In this document: positions 8,546-16,805 of the stretch, in pieces | Numbering within the stretch: the first letter of the stretch is position 1 | How the letters are laid out: every line of letters begins with the position of its first letter | Origin: Vibrio vulnificus CMCP6 | GTDB lineage: Bacteria > Pseudomonadota > Gammaproteobacteria > Enterobacterales > Vibrionaceae | Direction: 5' to 3' | Length of the DNA stretch: 32,000 bases | Assembly (NCBI RefSeq): GCF_000039765.1 | Contig: NC_004460.2 | Span: 1,350,001-1,382,000, forward strand | Program-made: the position numbers and the translations under genes | Notes under the pieces: generated by a model | Database searches by the model: none | Told to the model about the DNA's origin: nothing | What the model saw: only the letters and a program-made list of their open reading frames with translations

Positions 8546-8577
8546 AAAAATCCGATAGCCTTGGCTATCGGATTTTT
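8546..8577. terminator. Bidirectional terminator between qrr and the convergent tandem-paralogue operon
   Basis: Stem tccgatag (8551-8558) / ctatcgga (8565-8572) flanked by A5 (8546-8550) and T5 (8573-8577). It lies 15 nt downstream of the stop of ORF 8592-9593. Confidence 0.75.
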
Positions 8578-8591
8578 ACCTTGCTACCCAA

Positions 8592-9593
8592 CTATTCGGC
8601 TAACACAGATTCAACGGTGAACTCGGGTGGGTTGGCCTTGAGCGCTTCAAAGCTTAGGCCTTCGCCTTTGATCAACCACATCGGCGCGTAGAGCGAATCG
8701 AAGCTTGGTGTTTCACCCGTTTGTTGGTAGTGCACCTTTAAAAATGCGGTGAGAATGTTGTGAAACAAGCAGCTACGGTCATTAAGGTGCAAACTCTCTT
8801 CTCCGGTTTTGCCGCCATTTTGTTCGGCAAAATAGGCATACCATTGATAGTTGGCCTCGATAGACGCTTCCACCGCTTGGTCTAGCGGTGTTACTTCAAA
8901 TCCCCAGCTAATCGCAATCAGGCTGTAGAGCGGAAAAATGAGGAACTCATAGTAATCCATCCAGTAAGGGTGGCCTTTTTCCGCAATTAACTCACTGGTG
9001 AGGTAGGGAACCACCGCTTGCAGCAGTGCGGCCTGTTGCTCCTTGTTTTGCTCACCAAACAAAAACGCCTTAAACAAGTGAAAGAAATCTTGTTCAATCG
9101 GACGAAAATCGGTGAGGTCTGTTTTCCGTGAGATTTCATGAGCGGGAACGGCGTAGAGCTGCGCTTTCGCCTGTGGATTATCGGCCAAAATCGCCATGCT
9201 TGCGCCATCCAACCAATGAACCAAGGAGTCGTAGCTGTTGTAATTGTGCTGTTTTTCTTCCGTGGTGACTTGCAAGCGCTGGGTAAAATAGTCCACCTCT
9301 ATGGTCTGGTTCGGCTGGCAGTGAATCGCCCAATGCATCTTAGCCAGCTCGGACGCCGAACCAATCAAATATTGAATCGCAGGTCGAGACCAATGCAAAA
9401 GAATTGCGCGCGCTATTCGATAGAAAATATGGCTGGAAGCAGCGTAGTTTTGGAGATAGGTTGAGTTTGATTTATACATCTCAAGCCCATCGTCATGAAA
9501 GTTGATGGATTTTATTTCACTCAAAGTATGATTTAAGCGATCGGTGCTCATATAATGTTCAGTTCTGTGATGAGGTTTTATCGATATGTTCAT
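8592..9593 (-). CDS. Hypothetical cytoplasmic helix-rich protein, tandem paralogue A (333 aa), family not recognised
   Basis: Long ORF preserved intact in two tandem copies. SD aagg lies 9 nt upstream of the ATG. No signal peptide or TM segment. Rich in W/H/Y and predicted helices. Terminator directly downstream. Confidence 0.8.
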   Translation of the reverse strand: MNISIKPHHRTEHYMSTDRLNHTLSEIKSINFHDDGLEMYKSNSTYLQNYAASSHIFYRIARAILLHWSRPAIQYLIGSASELAKMHWAIHCQPNQTIEVDYFTQRLQVTTEEKQHNYNSYDSLVHWLDGASMAILADNPQAKAQLYAVPAHEISRKTDLTDFRPIEQDFFHLFKAFLFGEQNKEQQAALLQAVVPYLTSELIAEKGHPYWMDYYEFLIFPLYSLIAISWGFEVTPLDQAVEASIEANYQWYAYFAEQNGGKTGEESLHLNDRSCLFHNILTAFLKVHYQQTGETPSFDSLYAPMWLIKGEGLSFEALKANPPEFTVESVLAE

Positions 9594-9647
9594 GATTTAG
9601 CCTTGCTTATAGTCAAAGAGATGAGTGCTGTTGCCCTTGCTACCCAA

Positions 9648-10655
9648 CTATTCGGCTAACACAGATTCAACGGTGAACTCGGGCGGGTTGGCCTTGAGCG
9701 CTTCAAAGCTTAGGCCTTCGCCTTTGATCAACCACATCGGCGCGTAGAGCGAATCGAAGCTTGGCGTTTTACCCGTTTGTTGGTAGTGCACCTTTAAAAA
9801 CGCGGTGAGAATGTTGTGAAACAAGCAGCTACGGTCATTAAGGTGCAAGCTCTCTTCTCCGGTTTTGCCGCCATTTTGTTCGGCAAAATAGGCATACCAT
9901 TGATAGTTGGCCTCGATAGACGCTTCCACCGCTTGGTCTAGCGGTGTTGCTTCAAATCCCCAGCTAATTGCAATCAGGCTGTAGAGAGGAAAAATAAGAA
10001 ACTCATAGTAATTCATCCAGTAAGGTTCGCCTTTTTCAGCTTCAGCAATTAACTCACTGGTGAGGTAGGGAACCACCGCTTGCAGCAGTGCGGCCTGTTG
10101 CTCCTTGTTTTGCTCACCAAACAAAAACGCCTTAAACAAGTGAAAGAAATCTTGTTCAATCGGACGAAAATCGGTGAGGTCTGTTTTCCGTGAGATTTCA
10201 TGAGCGGGAACGGCGTTGAGCTGCGTTTTCGCCTGTGGGTTATCGGCCAAAATCGCCATGCTTGCGCCATCCAACCAATGAACCAAAGAGTCGTAGCTGT
10301 TGTAATCGTGCTGCTTTTCTACTGTGGTGACTTGCAAGCGCTGGGTAAAATAGTCCACCTCTATGGTCTGGTTCGGCTGGCAGTGAATCGCCCAATGCAT
10401 CTTAGCCAGCTCGGACGCCGAACCAATCAAATATTGAATCGCGTGCCGAGACCAATGCAAAAGAATTGCACGCGCAATTGCGCAATAAGATGTGACAGAT
10501 GGTGCGTAATTCTGTATGTAAGTTGAGTTGGAAGAACGCTCAGATAGTTTTCCAGCATAGAACGCAATGTTCTCAGTTTCCAAAAGAGTATAACTAATTC
10601 GATTTTCACCCATGTACAGCGAAAATTTATGGTGCGGTTTGATTGATGTATTCAT
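9648..10655 (-). CDS. Hypothetical cytoplasmic helix-rich protein, tandem paralogue B (335 aa), family not recognised
   Basis: Paralogue of 8592-9593. The C-terminal ~275 aa are almost identical and the N-terminal ~60 aa diverged. A 2-aa insertion (AE) arises from a ttcagc duplication. No clear SD. Only 54 nt separate it from copy A, so the two are probably co-transcribed. Confidence 0.8.
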   Translation of the reverse strand: MNTSIKPHHKFSLYMGENRISYTLLETENIAFYAGKLSERSSNSTYIQNYAPSVTSYCAIARAILLHWSRHAIQYLIGSASELAKMHWAIHCQPNQTIEVDYFTQRLQVTTVEKQHDYNSYDSLVHWLDGASMAILADNPQAKTQLNAVPAHEISRKTDLTDFRPIEQDFFHLFKAFLFGEQNKEQQAALLQAVVPYLTSELIAEAEKGEPYWMNYYEFLIFPLYSLIAISWGFEATPLDQAVEASIEANYQWYAYFAEQNGGKTGEESLHLNDRSCLFHNILTAFLKVHYQQTGKTPSFDSLYAPMWLIKGEGLSFEALKANPPEFTVESVLAE

Positions 10656-10912
10656 GATTTAGTTTTTCGGATACCTATTCTATGTCGCTTTGCTGTTTTA
10701 TTCCATAAATGAGAATGAAACTCATTAGTTTTAAATGATAATCAAACCGAGTCGAATTCGCCTAAATAATTTATCTAAGTGTGATTTTGATGTGATTTTT
10801 TATAAATTTAGCTAGATAGTAAACAATATCAATCGGTTATATTCAATTTTGTTGGGGATTCGATGGCTCGATAAACAGAGTTGAACGTTCGTAACGGATT
10901 TGACTGACGAAA

Positions 10913-10942
10913 GAAAAAAGCCGATCGATTGATCGGCTTTTG
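10913..10942 (-). terminator. Rho-independent terminator of malT
   Basis: Stem agccgatc (10919-10926) / gatcggct (10931-10938). The A-run at 10914-10918 gives a U-run on the minus strand. Confidence 0.8.
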
Positions 10943-10975
10943 AATGTTGCACTTATTATCTGAAATCGGGAGTAT

Positions 10976-13684
10976 TTAATACCCCATTAACTGCAAGAGG
11001 TTCTCTGCGGTGGTGACCGCTTCTTTACGGTTGGCTATATTGAGTTTTTGATACAAGTTGCGGATGTGGGTTTTGATGGTGGTGCCCGCCACATCGAGCT
11101 CTTGGGCGATTTGCTCGTTACTAAAGCCAGAATAGATCAAGCCCAGTACTTGCCACTCTCTTTGTGTCAGTGGGCTGGTGCGCACTAACTCAGGCACATT
11201 CGGGTGGGTGACCAGTTTCTCGACAAATTCTTCGTCAAAGTGAACCGAACGGCTGCGCTGATTAGAAGAGATATCTTTCATCAATTGCAGCGCGCGGTGG
11301 CGTTCTAAGTCACCCAGCTCATGGCGGTTGGTGAGTTTTTCCAACAAGGTGCCAATGGTCGCGCCATCAATTAAGAAATTGCCGACCATACCGGTTTGGT
11401 TAGTGAGCTGCAGTGCTTCCTTAAGCAGCACTTTGGCTTGATTTTCATCTTTCTGATGAACAGCAAAAATTGCCTCAATGATCAGGTTACGGTTGCGATC
11501 GGTGACTAAATTCGCTTTCTCAGCCTCACTTTGTAAGAAATTCAAGGCTTGGCGCGCTTGGTCGTATTGACCAAGGTTGATGTGAGCACGAGCGATATTG
11601 CGCCACTGTAATTGGCAGAAGTGGTTACAGGCATTTTCAGGACGCACAGCCGTGTCTAACCACTCTTGAATCGCGTTGAGTTTGCCTTTCGCTTGCCAGT
11701 ATAGGATCAGTGAAAGTGAAGCATTGGCGGTCCAATCCACGTGGTAGGTAGACTGCTTCATCAAATGTTGAATGTGTTCGATGAACTTGCCTGCGCGATC
11801 GAGCTCGCCACGGCCAATCGCAATGCGAGCCAGCATCGAATAACTGTGCAAGTGTTTGCTTGGCGCGTGATTTTCCAGAATTTGCAGCCCTTTGTAAGCG
11901 CACTCTTCGGCTTCGTCCAAACGGTTCCAACACCACAACACTTGCGCTCGTACGCGCAGTAAGAATTCATGCAAAGGCACATGTTGAAGCTGCTGCTCCT
12001 CAATCAGACGGAAGGCGGAGTCTTGCAGCTCGAACGCGGCTTGCACATAGCCTTGCGCAATGAGGATTTCGCTTTGCTGCAAAATTGCCCACAGCGCTTG
12101 GTGGTAAACCTGGTACTGGCGCGCCAGCTTTTCGGTTTGCTGCATCATGGGCAGAGCGCGATCAAGGCGGCCAATCACGTGGTTCACTTCCCCTACGACT
12201 GAAGTAGCGACGATGCGGCTGCGGTAAACCGTGCTATCCAGCTGGCTTAATGCCAGTTCAGCCAGCTCGAGGGCTTTTTCTGGATCGTTGCTGTTGATCG
12301 CTACCTGCGCCAGCAAGGCATTCGCTTGGCCTTGGTATTGGATATCAAGATCAATATTGCGCTTTTTGTGCTCATTTTCTGCTTCCGCCAGTAAGGTGCC
12401 CACTTGGTTGTAGCGGTGCTGACTTTGTGCAAGCCAAGCGCGGAGCATGGTCAGTTTTGGGTTGCTGAACAGCAGATCTTTTTCCAGCAGATTGATGGCG
12501 GATTCCAGAGTAGATAGCTCACCTTGGTTGAACATTTTCCAACCAAACTCGTTGAGGATCTCCGCCACCAGTTCTCCGTCATACGCTTTTTGGGCGTGAC
12601 GAATCGCTTGATGCGGGGATTTTTGTTTCAACCACGCAATGGCGGCATTGCGGTTCAGCTCCTGCTCCTGCTGTGGAATACGCGCTTGACGCTCGTGCGA
12701 CAAAAACTCGCCAAACAAGTTGTGGAAGCGGAACCAGTTTTGCTCCCCCTCAAGCGGGTAGATGAATAAGCCGTAGCGGTTGAGAGATTCAATCATCCCC
12801 AATGCATCTTCACGCTGAGTGAGAGCGTAGACCAGCTCATCGTTAAAGTGATCGAGCACTGACACCTGCATCAAGAATTTGCGTGTATCGGCATCGAGCA
12901 AGTCAAACACCTCTTCCACCAAATAATCCCAGAGATGAGCATGATTAAACTGGGAAACCGATTCGGCCGATTGCGCTAAGGTGCGTTTTTGATGCTGTGC
13001 TTGAAGGGCGATCAGTTGCAATGCCGATGGCCAGCCTTCCACATAGTTACGCAGATTGTTGGCAGTATCTTCATCGATACCATCGGCGACGCGCTGGTTG
13101 AAAAATCGTGTGGTCTCTTCGGTGTCGAAGGCCAACATCTCGTTGCCAATCTCAATCATCAGATCGCGCACACGCAAGTTGGCCGTGCCCAGAGGTGGGT
13201 TGGCACGGCTGGTGACCACAAGGGTGAGGTTGTCTGGCATGTGTTTTAGGAAGAAACGCATCGCTTCGTGCACTTCTTCGTTGTTGATCACGTGGTAGTC
13301 ATCCAGTACCACATAGCACTCTTGATGAAAGTCGACCATCTCAGCGAACACATCGCTAAACAGCGAGCGCAGGGAGGAAAACTGGCGTTTTTCTGCTAAT
13401 TTTTGTGCATTGTTGCAGTTGCCATTAGTCGCTTTATTGAGTGCTTGCAGCAGGTAGTTAATGAAGCGGAAACCGTCGTTATCACTGTCATCGATGCTGT
13501 ACCAACCCACGTTGGTTTTGTCTGCCAACCATTGCGCAGCCATGGTGGTTTTTCCGTAGCCAGCGGGAGAGCGGAACAGCACCAACTTATAGTAAGGGGC
13601 TTGTTGCAGCAGCTCTAACACTCTCGGGCGGACAATCGCATTATGCAGTCGGCCTGGGCGTGTGAGTTTTGAAGGAATCCACAT
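10976..13684 (-). CDS. malT: Maltose regulon transcriptional activator MalT (STAND ATPase with LuxR-type HTH)
   Basis: 902-aa ORF collinear with E. coli MalT as recalled: IPSKL.RP, Walker [10 protein letters not shown], and a near-identical C-terminal HTH ([45 protein letters not shown]). Divergent from malPQ as in E. coli. Confidence 0.96.
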
Positions 13685-13960
13685 TCTAATACTTCCTTTT
13701 TATATTGGGTTTTTCATGGCAGAAAAACCGGATGTAGCCAGCGAACAAAAATTAGACAAAATGCTCGAATTGCTGGGCATGTTACGTTAAAGAAATCACC
13801 TCAGACTTTGATCCACTTCCTAATTCTTAAGAGTTGATGGTTTTGACGCCAACTACGCCCCAATTTTGTGAATTTGATCTATAAATTCTCCATCTGAATC
13901 GTTAAGTAAGAATGGCCTTGCGCAATATTTTGCAACATTTTTCATAAACCAAAACTTTAT

Positions 13961-13976
13961 TGTGATCAAATTTACA
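13961..13976. promoter_or_regulatory. CRP-like site in the malT upstream region
   Basis: tgtgatcaaatttaca compared with consensus TGTGA-N6-TCACA (9 of 10 in the half-sites). A weaker site tgtgaatttgatctat lies at 13867-13882. E. coli malT is CRP-activated. Confidence 0.35.
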
Positions 13977-14047
13977 AAAATGGATTTTCTAAAATCGCTC
14001 TTCAACCTGGGCGTCATATTTGCCATCTAGAGTTATTAGTTGATGGC

Positions 14048-14063
14048 TGTGATCTCAATCACT
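14048..14063. promoter_or_regulatory. CRP-like site upstream of malP
   Basis: tgtgatctcaatcact compared with TGTGA-N6-TCACA (9 of 10). Confidence 0.4.
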
Positions 14064-14110
14064 GCAATCTGGTGTCTGAGTGGGAAAGGTGGGAGACGGA
14101 TCACTAACAG

Positions 14111-14176
14111 TCCCCCAATCCCCCCTCTACGCCCTTGCCCCTCCTCCTGTAGAGGCTGAAAACTAGGAGGATGTTT
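14111..14176 (+). promoter_or_regulatory. Candidate MalT-box cluster of the malP promoter
   Basis: GGA(T/G)GA cores: ggagga at 14166-14171 on the + strand and tcctcc at 14142-14147 on the - strand. They are preceded by C-rich tracts tcccccaatcccccct, resembling the C-rich/GGATGA architecture of E. coli malPp as I recall it. Confidence 0.45.
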
Positions 14177-14239
14177 ATTCATTGCCATCCATGCACGATG
14201 TATCGCAGATGGATTAGAACCAAAAGTGAGATTTCGGTA

Positions 14240-16693
14240 ATGAAACCTACTCAACAGAAACAGTTCGACAAAGTGTCGTTCCAAGAAAGTGTTAAAAAAC
14301 ACCTGTCAGCAACCTATGCACACACGCTTGAAAACGCAGATAGCCGCGCTTGGTATCTTGCAATGGGCCGTGCGTTAGCAGAGCTGACGACTTTTGATTT
14401 GCTTGCAACAGAGACAGACAAAAAAATCGTTGAAGCGAAAAGCGTCAACTACCTATCGCTTGAATTCTTGATTGGCCGTTTAACCGGTAACAACTTGATC
14501 AGCATGGGTCTGTACGAGCAGATCACCGAAGCGATGGCAGAGCTTGGCCAAAACCTAACGGATCTTCTTGAAGAAGAACGCGACCCATCATTGGGTAATG
14601 GTGGTCTAGGCCGTCTAGCAGCGTGTTTTATGGATTCTTTGGCGGCGCAAGAGTTCCCAACCGTGGGTTACGGCTTGCACTACGAATACGGTCTATTCAA
14701 ACAATCCTTTGAAGCAGGTCGTCAAAAAGAAGCGCCAGACGCATGGCGTGGTGTAGAAGGCTACCCTTGGGAAGTGGCTCGTCCTGAATTGGCTCAAGAG
14801 ATTGGTTTCTACGGTCATGTTGAAGTTATCAACGAAGGTGGCAAAGAGCGCCGTCAGTGGGTACCAGGCATGCATGTTAAAGCCATGCCATGGGATCTAC
14901 CGATCGTAGGTTACGAAAGCGATACTGTTTATCCGCTACGTTTGTGGGAATGTCAGGCGATTGCGCCATTCTCACTAGAGAGCTTCAATAATGGTAACTA
15001 CTTTGAAGCGCAGCACGCACTGATCGACGCGGGCAACATCACCAAAGTACTTTACCCGAACGACAACCACGAAAAAGGCAAAACGCTACGTTTGATGCAA
15101 CAGTACTTCCACAGTGCAGCATCGGTACGCGATATTCTTCGTCGTCATGAAGCGGCTGGCCACACATTGGCTTCGCTACCAAACTTTGAAACCATTCAGT
15201 TGAACGACACGCACCCAACCATCGCGATTCCTGAGTTGATGCGTATTCTGATTGATGAAAAAGGCCTAAATTGGGATGAAGCGTGGGCGATCAGCTCGAA
15301 GACATTCGCCTACACCAACCACACGCTATTGCCAGAAGCATTAGAAACGTGGAGCGAATCTCTGATTCAGCACCTACTTCCTCGTCACATGGAAATCATT
15401 TACGAAATCAACCACCGCTTCCTACAAGAAGTGCGTGCCAAGTGGCCTGGTGACGTTGCGAAGCAGCAGAAGCTTTCTATCATCCAAGAAGGTTTCCACC
15501 GCATGGTTCGCATGGCAAACCTATGTGTGATTGGCTCTTACGCAGTCAACGGTGTAGCGGCACTCCACTCTGAATTGGTAAAACGTGACCTATTCCCAGA
15601 GTTTGATGAGCTTTACCCAACGCGTCTACAAAACGTGACAAACGGTGTCACTCCACGTCGTTGGTTGAAATTCTGTAACCCAGGTTTGTCTGCACTGATC
15701 TCTGAGAAGATTGGTACGGATTGGCCTGCGCACCTAGAGCAGCTAGAAGGTGTTGCCAAGTTTGCTGATGACGCGAAATTCCAAAAGGAATACATGGCGG
15801 TTAAGAAGGCGAACAAAGAGCGCCTAGCGAACTGGGTGAAAGAGAACATGAACATCGAACTCGATACTAATGCGATCTTTGATGTGCAAATCAAGCGTCT
15901 ACACGAGTACAAGCGTCAGCACCTAAACATGCTGCACATTTTGTCTCTGTACCACCGCCTACTGAACGATGCGAACTTCGACATGGCGCCACGCGTGGTG
16001 TTCTTCGCAGCGAAAGCGGCACCGGGTTACCACCTAGCGAAAGAGATCATTTTTGCGCTGAACAAGATTGCAGAGAAGATCAACAACGATCCACGTATCG
16101 GTAACAAGCTAAAAGTGGTCTTCATTCCTGATTACCGCGTGAGCATGGCTGAAATCATCATTCCAGCGGCGGATGTGTCTGAGCAAATCTCAACCGCAGG
16201 TAAAGAAGCATCCGGTACTGGTAACATGAAGATGGCACTGAACGGTGCGTTGACTATCGGTACTATGGACGGCGCGAACGTTGAGATTCGTGAAGAAGTG
16301 GGCGATGACAACATCTACATCTTCGGTCTAGAAGTGGATGGCGTAGAAGCGCTGAAAGCGAAAGGGTACAACCCATTCGACTACTACAACGCAGACCCAC
16401 TACTGAAAGCGTCGATGGATCTTCTTCTTGGTGAAGAGTTCACTCCGGGTCAACCTGGCCTACTACGAGCGACCTTCGATAGCCTACTAGATGGCGGTGA
16501 CCCGTACCTATGTCTTGCAGACTTCGCTTCTTATGTGAAAGCGCACGAAGCGATGGACAAACAGTACCGCGATCAAGCCGGTTGGGCGAAGAAAGCGATT
16601 CTGAACACCGCTTTGGTTGGCAAGTTCAGTTCAGACCGCTCCATTCGCGATTACGTGAACAACATTTGGAAACTCGAAGCTGTTCACCGTTAA
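14240..16693 (+). CDS. malP: Maltodextrin phosphorylase MalP (GT35 alpha-glucan phosphorylase)
   Basis: Start placed at MKPTQQKQFDK (ATG at 14240). The track's ATG at 14171 sits directly on aggagg with no spacer, so it is rejected. Motifs include NYLSLEFLIGRLTGNN, DPSLGNGGLGRLAACF and the PLP-lysine region EASGTGNMKMALNGALTIGTMDGANVE. Confidence 0.92.
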   Translation: MKPTQQKQFDKVSFQESVKKHLSATYAHTLENADSRAWYLAMGRALAELTTFDLLATETDKKIVEAKSVNYLSLEFLIGRLTGNNLISMGLYEQITEAMAELGQNLTDLLEEERDPSLGNGGLGRLAACFMDSLAAQEFPTVGYGLHYEYGLFKQSFEAGRQKEAPDAWRGVEGYPWEVARPELAQEIGFYGHVEVINEGGKERRQWVPGMHVKAMPWDLPIVGYESDTVYPLRLWECQAIAPFSLESFNNGNYFEAQHALIDAGNITKVLYPNDNHEKGKTLRLMQQYFHSAASVRDILRRHEAAGHTLASLPNFETIQLNDTHPTIAIPELMRILIDEKGLNWDEAWAISSKTFAYTNHTLLPEALETWSESLIQHLLPRHMEIIYEINHRFLQEVRAKWPGDVAKQQKLSIIQEGFHRMVRMANLCVIGSYAVNGVAALHSELVKRDLFPEFDELYPTRLQNVTNGVTPRRWLKFCNPGLSALISEKIGTDWPAHLEQLEGVAKFADDAKFQKEYMAVKKANKERLANWVKENMNIELDTNAIFDVQIKRLHEYKRQHLNMLHILSLYHRLLNDANFDMAPRVVFFAAKAAPGYHLAKEIIFALNKIAEKINNDPRIGNKLKVVFIPDYRVSMAEIIIPAADVSEQISTAGKEASGTGNMKMALNGALTIGTMDGANVEIREEVGDDNIYIFGLEVDGVEALKAKGYNPFDYYNADPLLKASMDLLLGEEFTPGQPGLLRATFDSLLDGGDPYLCLADFASYVKAHEAMDKQYRDQAGWAKKAILNTALVGKFSSDRSIRDYVNNIWKLEAVHR

Positions 16694-16701
16694 TCAACAA
16701 A

Positions 16702-16738
16702 ACCAAGGTAGCCCAATGGCTGCCTTGGTCCTTTATCT
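16702..16738 (+). other. Intercistronic stem-loop between malP and malQ (possible partial terminator or mRNA stabiliser)
   Basis: 12-bp stem accaaggtagcc (16702-16713) / ggctgccttggt (16718-16729) with one G-U pair and a 4-nt loop, followed by cctttatct. Confidence 0.4.
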
Positions 16739-16805
16739 ACAGATAATGACTAGCAGCAAATAAACCCTACATTGAAGGTTTTCAGAAGTACCTTCGGAGA
16801 GAGCG

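Larger units (their letters stand above)
8579..10662. repeat. Tandem direct duplication, two units of ~1.02-1.03 kb (offset 1056-1062 nt) separated by a 34-nt unique spacer
   Basis: Unit 1 is 8579-9600 and unit 2 is 9635-10662. Both run from ccttgctacccaac (just 3' of the stop) to catgatttag (7 nt 5' of the ATG). The heptamer ccttgct occurs at 8579, 9601 and 9635. Confidence 0.9.

Noticed and set aside
8416-8691. 91-aa plus-strand ORF from the track.
   Set aside because: It starts inside the Qrr sRNA, runs through the Qrr terminator T-run and the bidirectional terminator, and then lies antisense to the 3' end of paralogue A. It has no SD. It is an artefact of the non-coding region.
13716-13790. 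24-codon mini-ORF (MAEKPDVASEQKLDKMLELLGMLR) on the plus strand just upstream of the malT start.
   Set aside because: It is amphipathic and tempting as a leader or small protein, but it has no convincing SD (tgggtttttcATG). It lies inside the malT promoter/5' region on the opposite strand, and an ORF of this length is expected by chance. Only ribosome profiling or conservation could rescue it.
14171-14239. N-terminal extensions offered by the ORF track: malP from 14171, SCO1 to 6651, DUF368 to 8166, glgB from 19173, AsnC from 25876, LPMO from 27383, and OMP GTG at 29374.
   Set aside because: In each case the extension adds residues that precede a recognisable native N-terminus (a signal peptide, membrane anchor or conserved first helix). 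Most extensions also lack a properly spaced SD. The malP ATG at 14171 abuts aggagg with zero spacing, and that motif is better explained as a MalT box.
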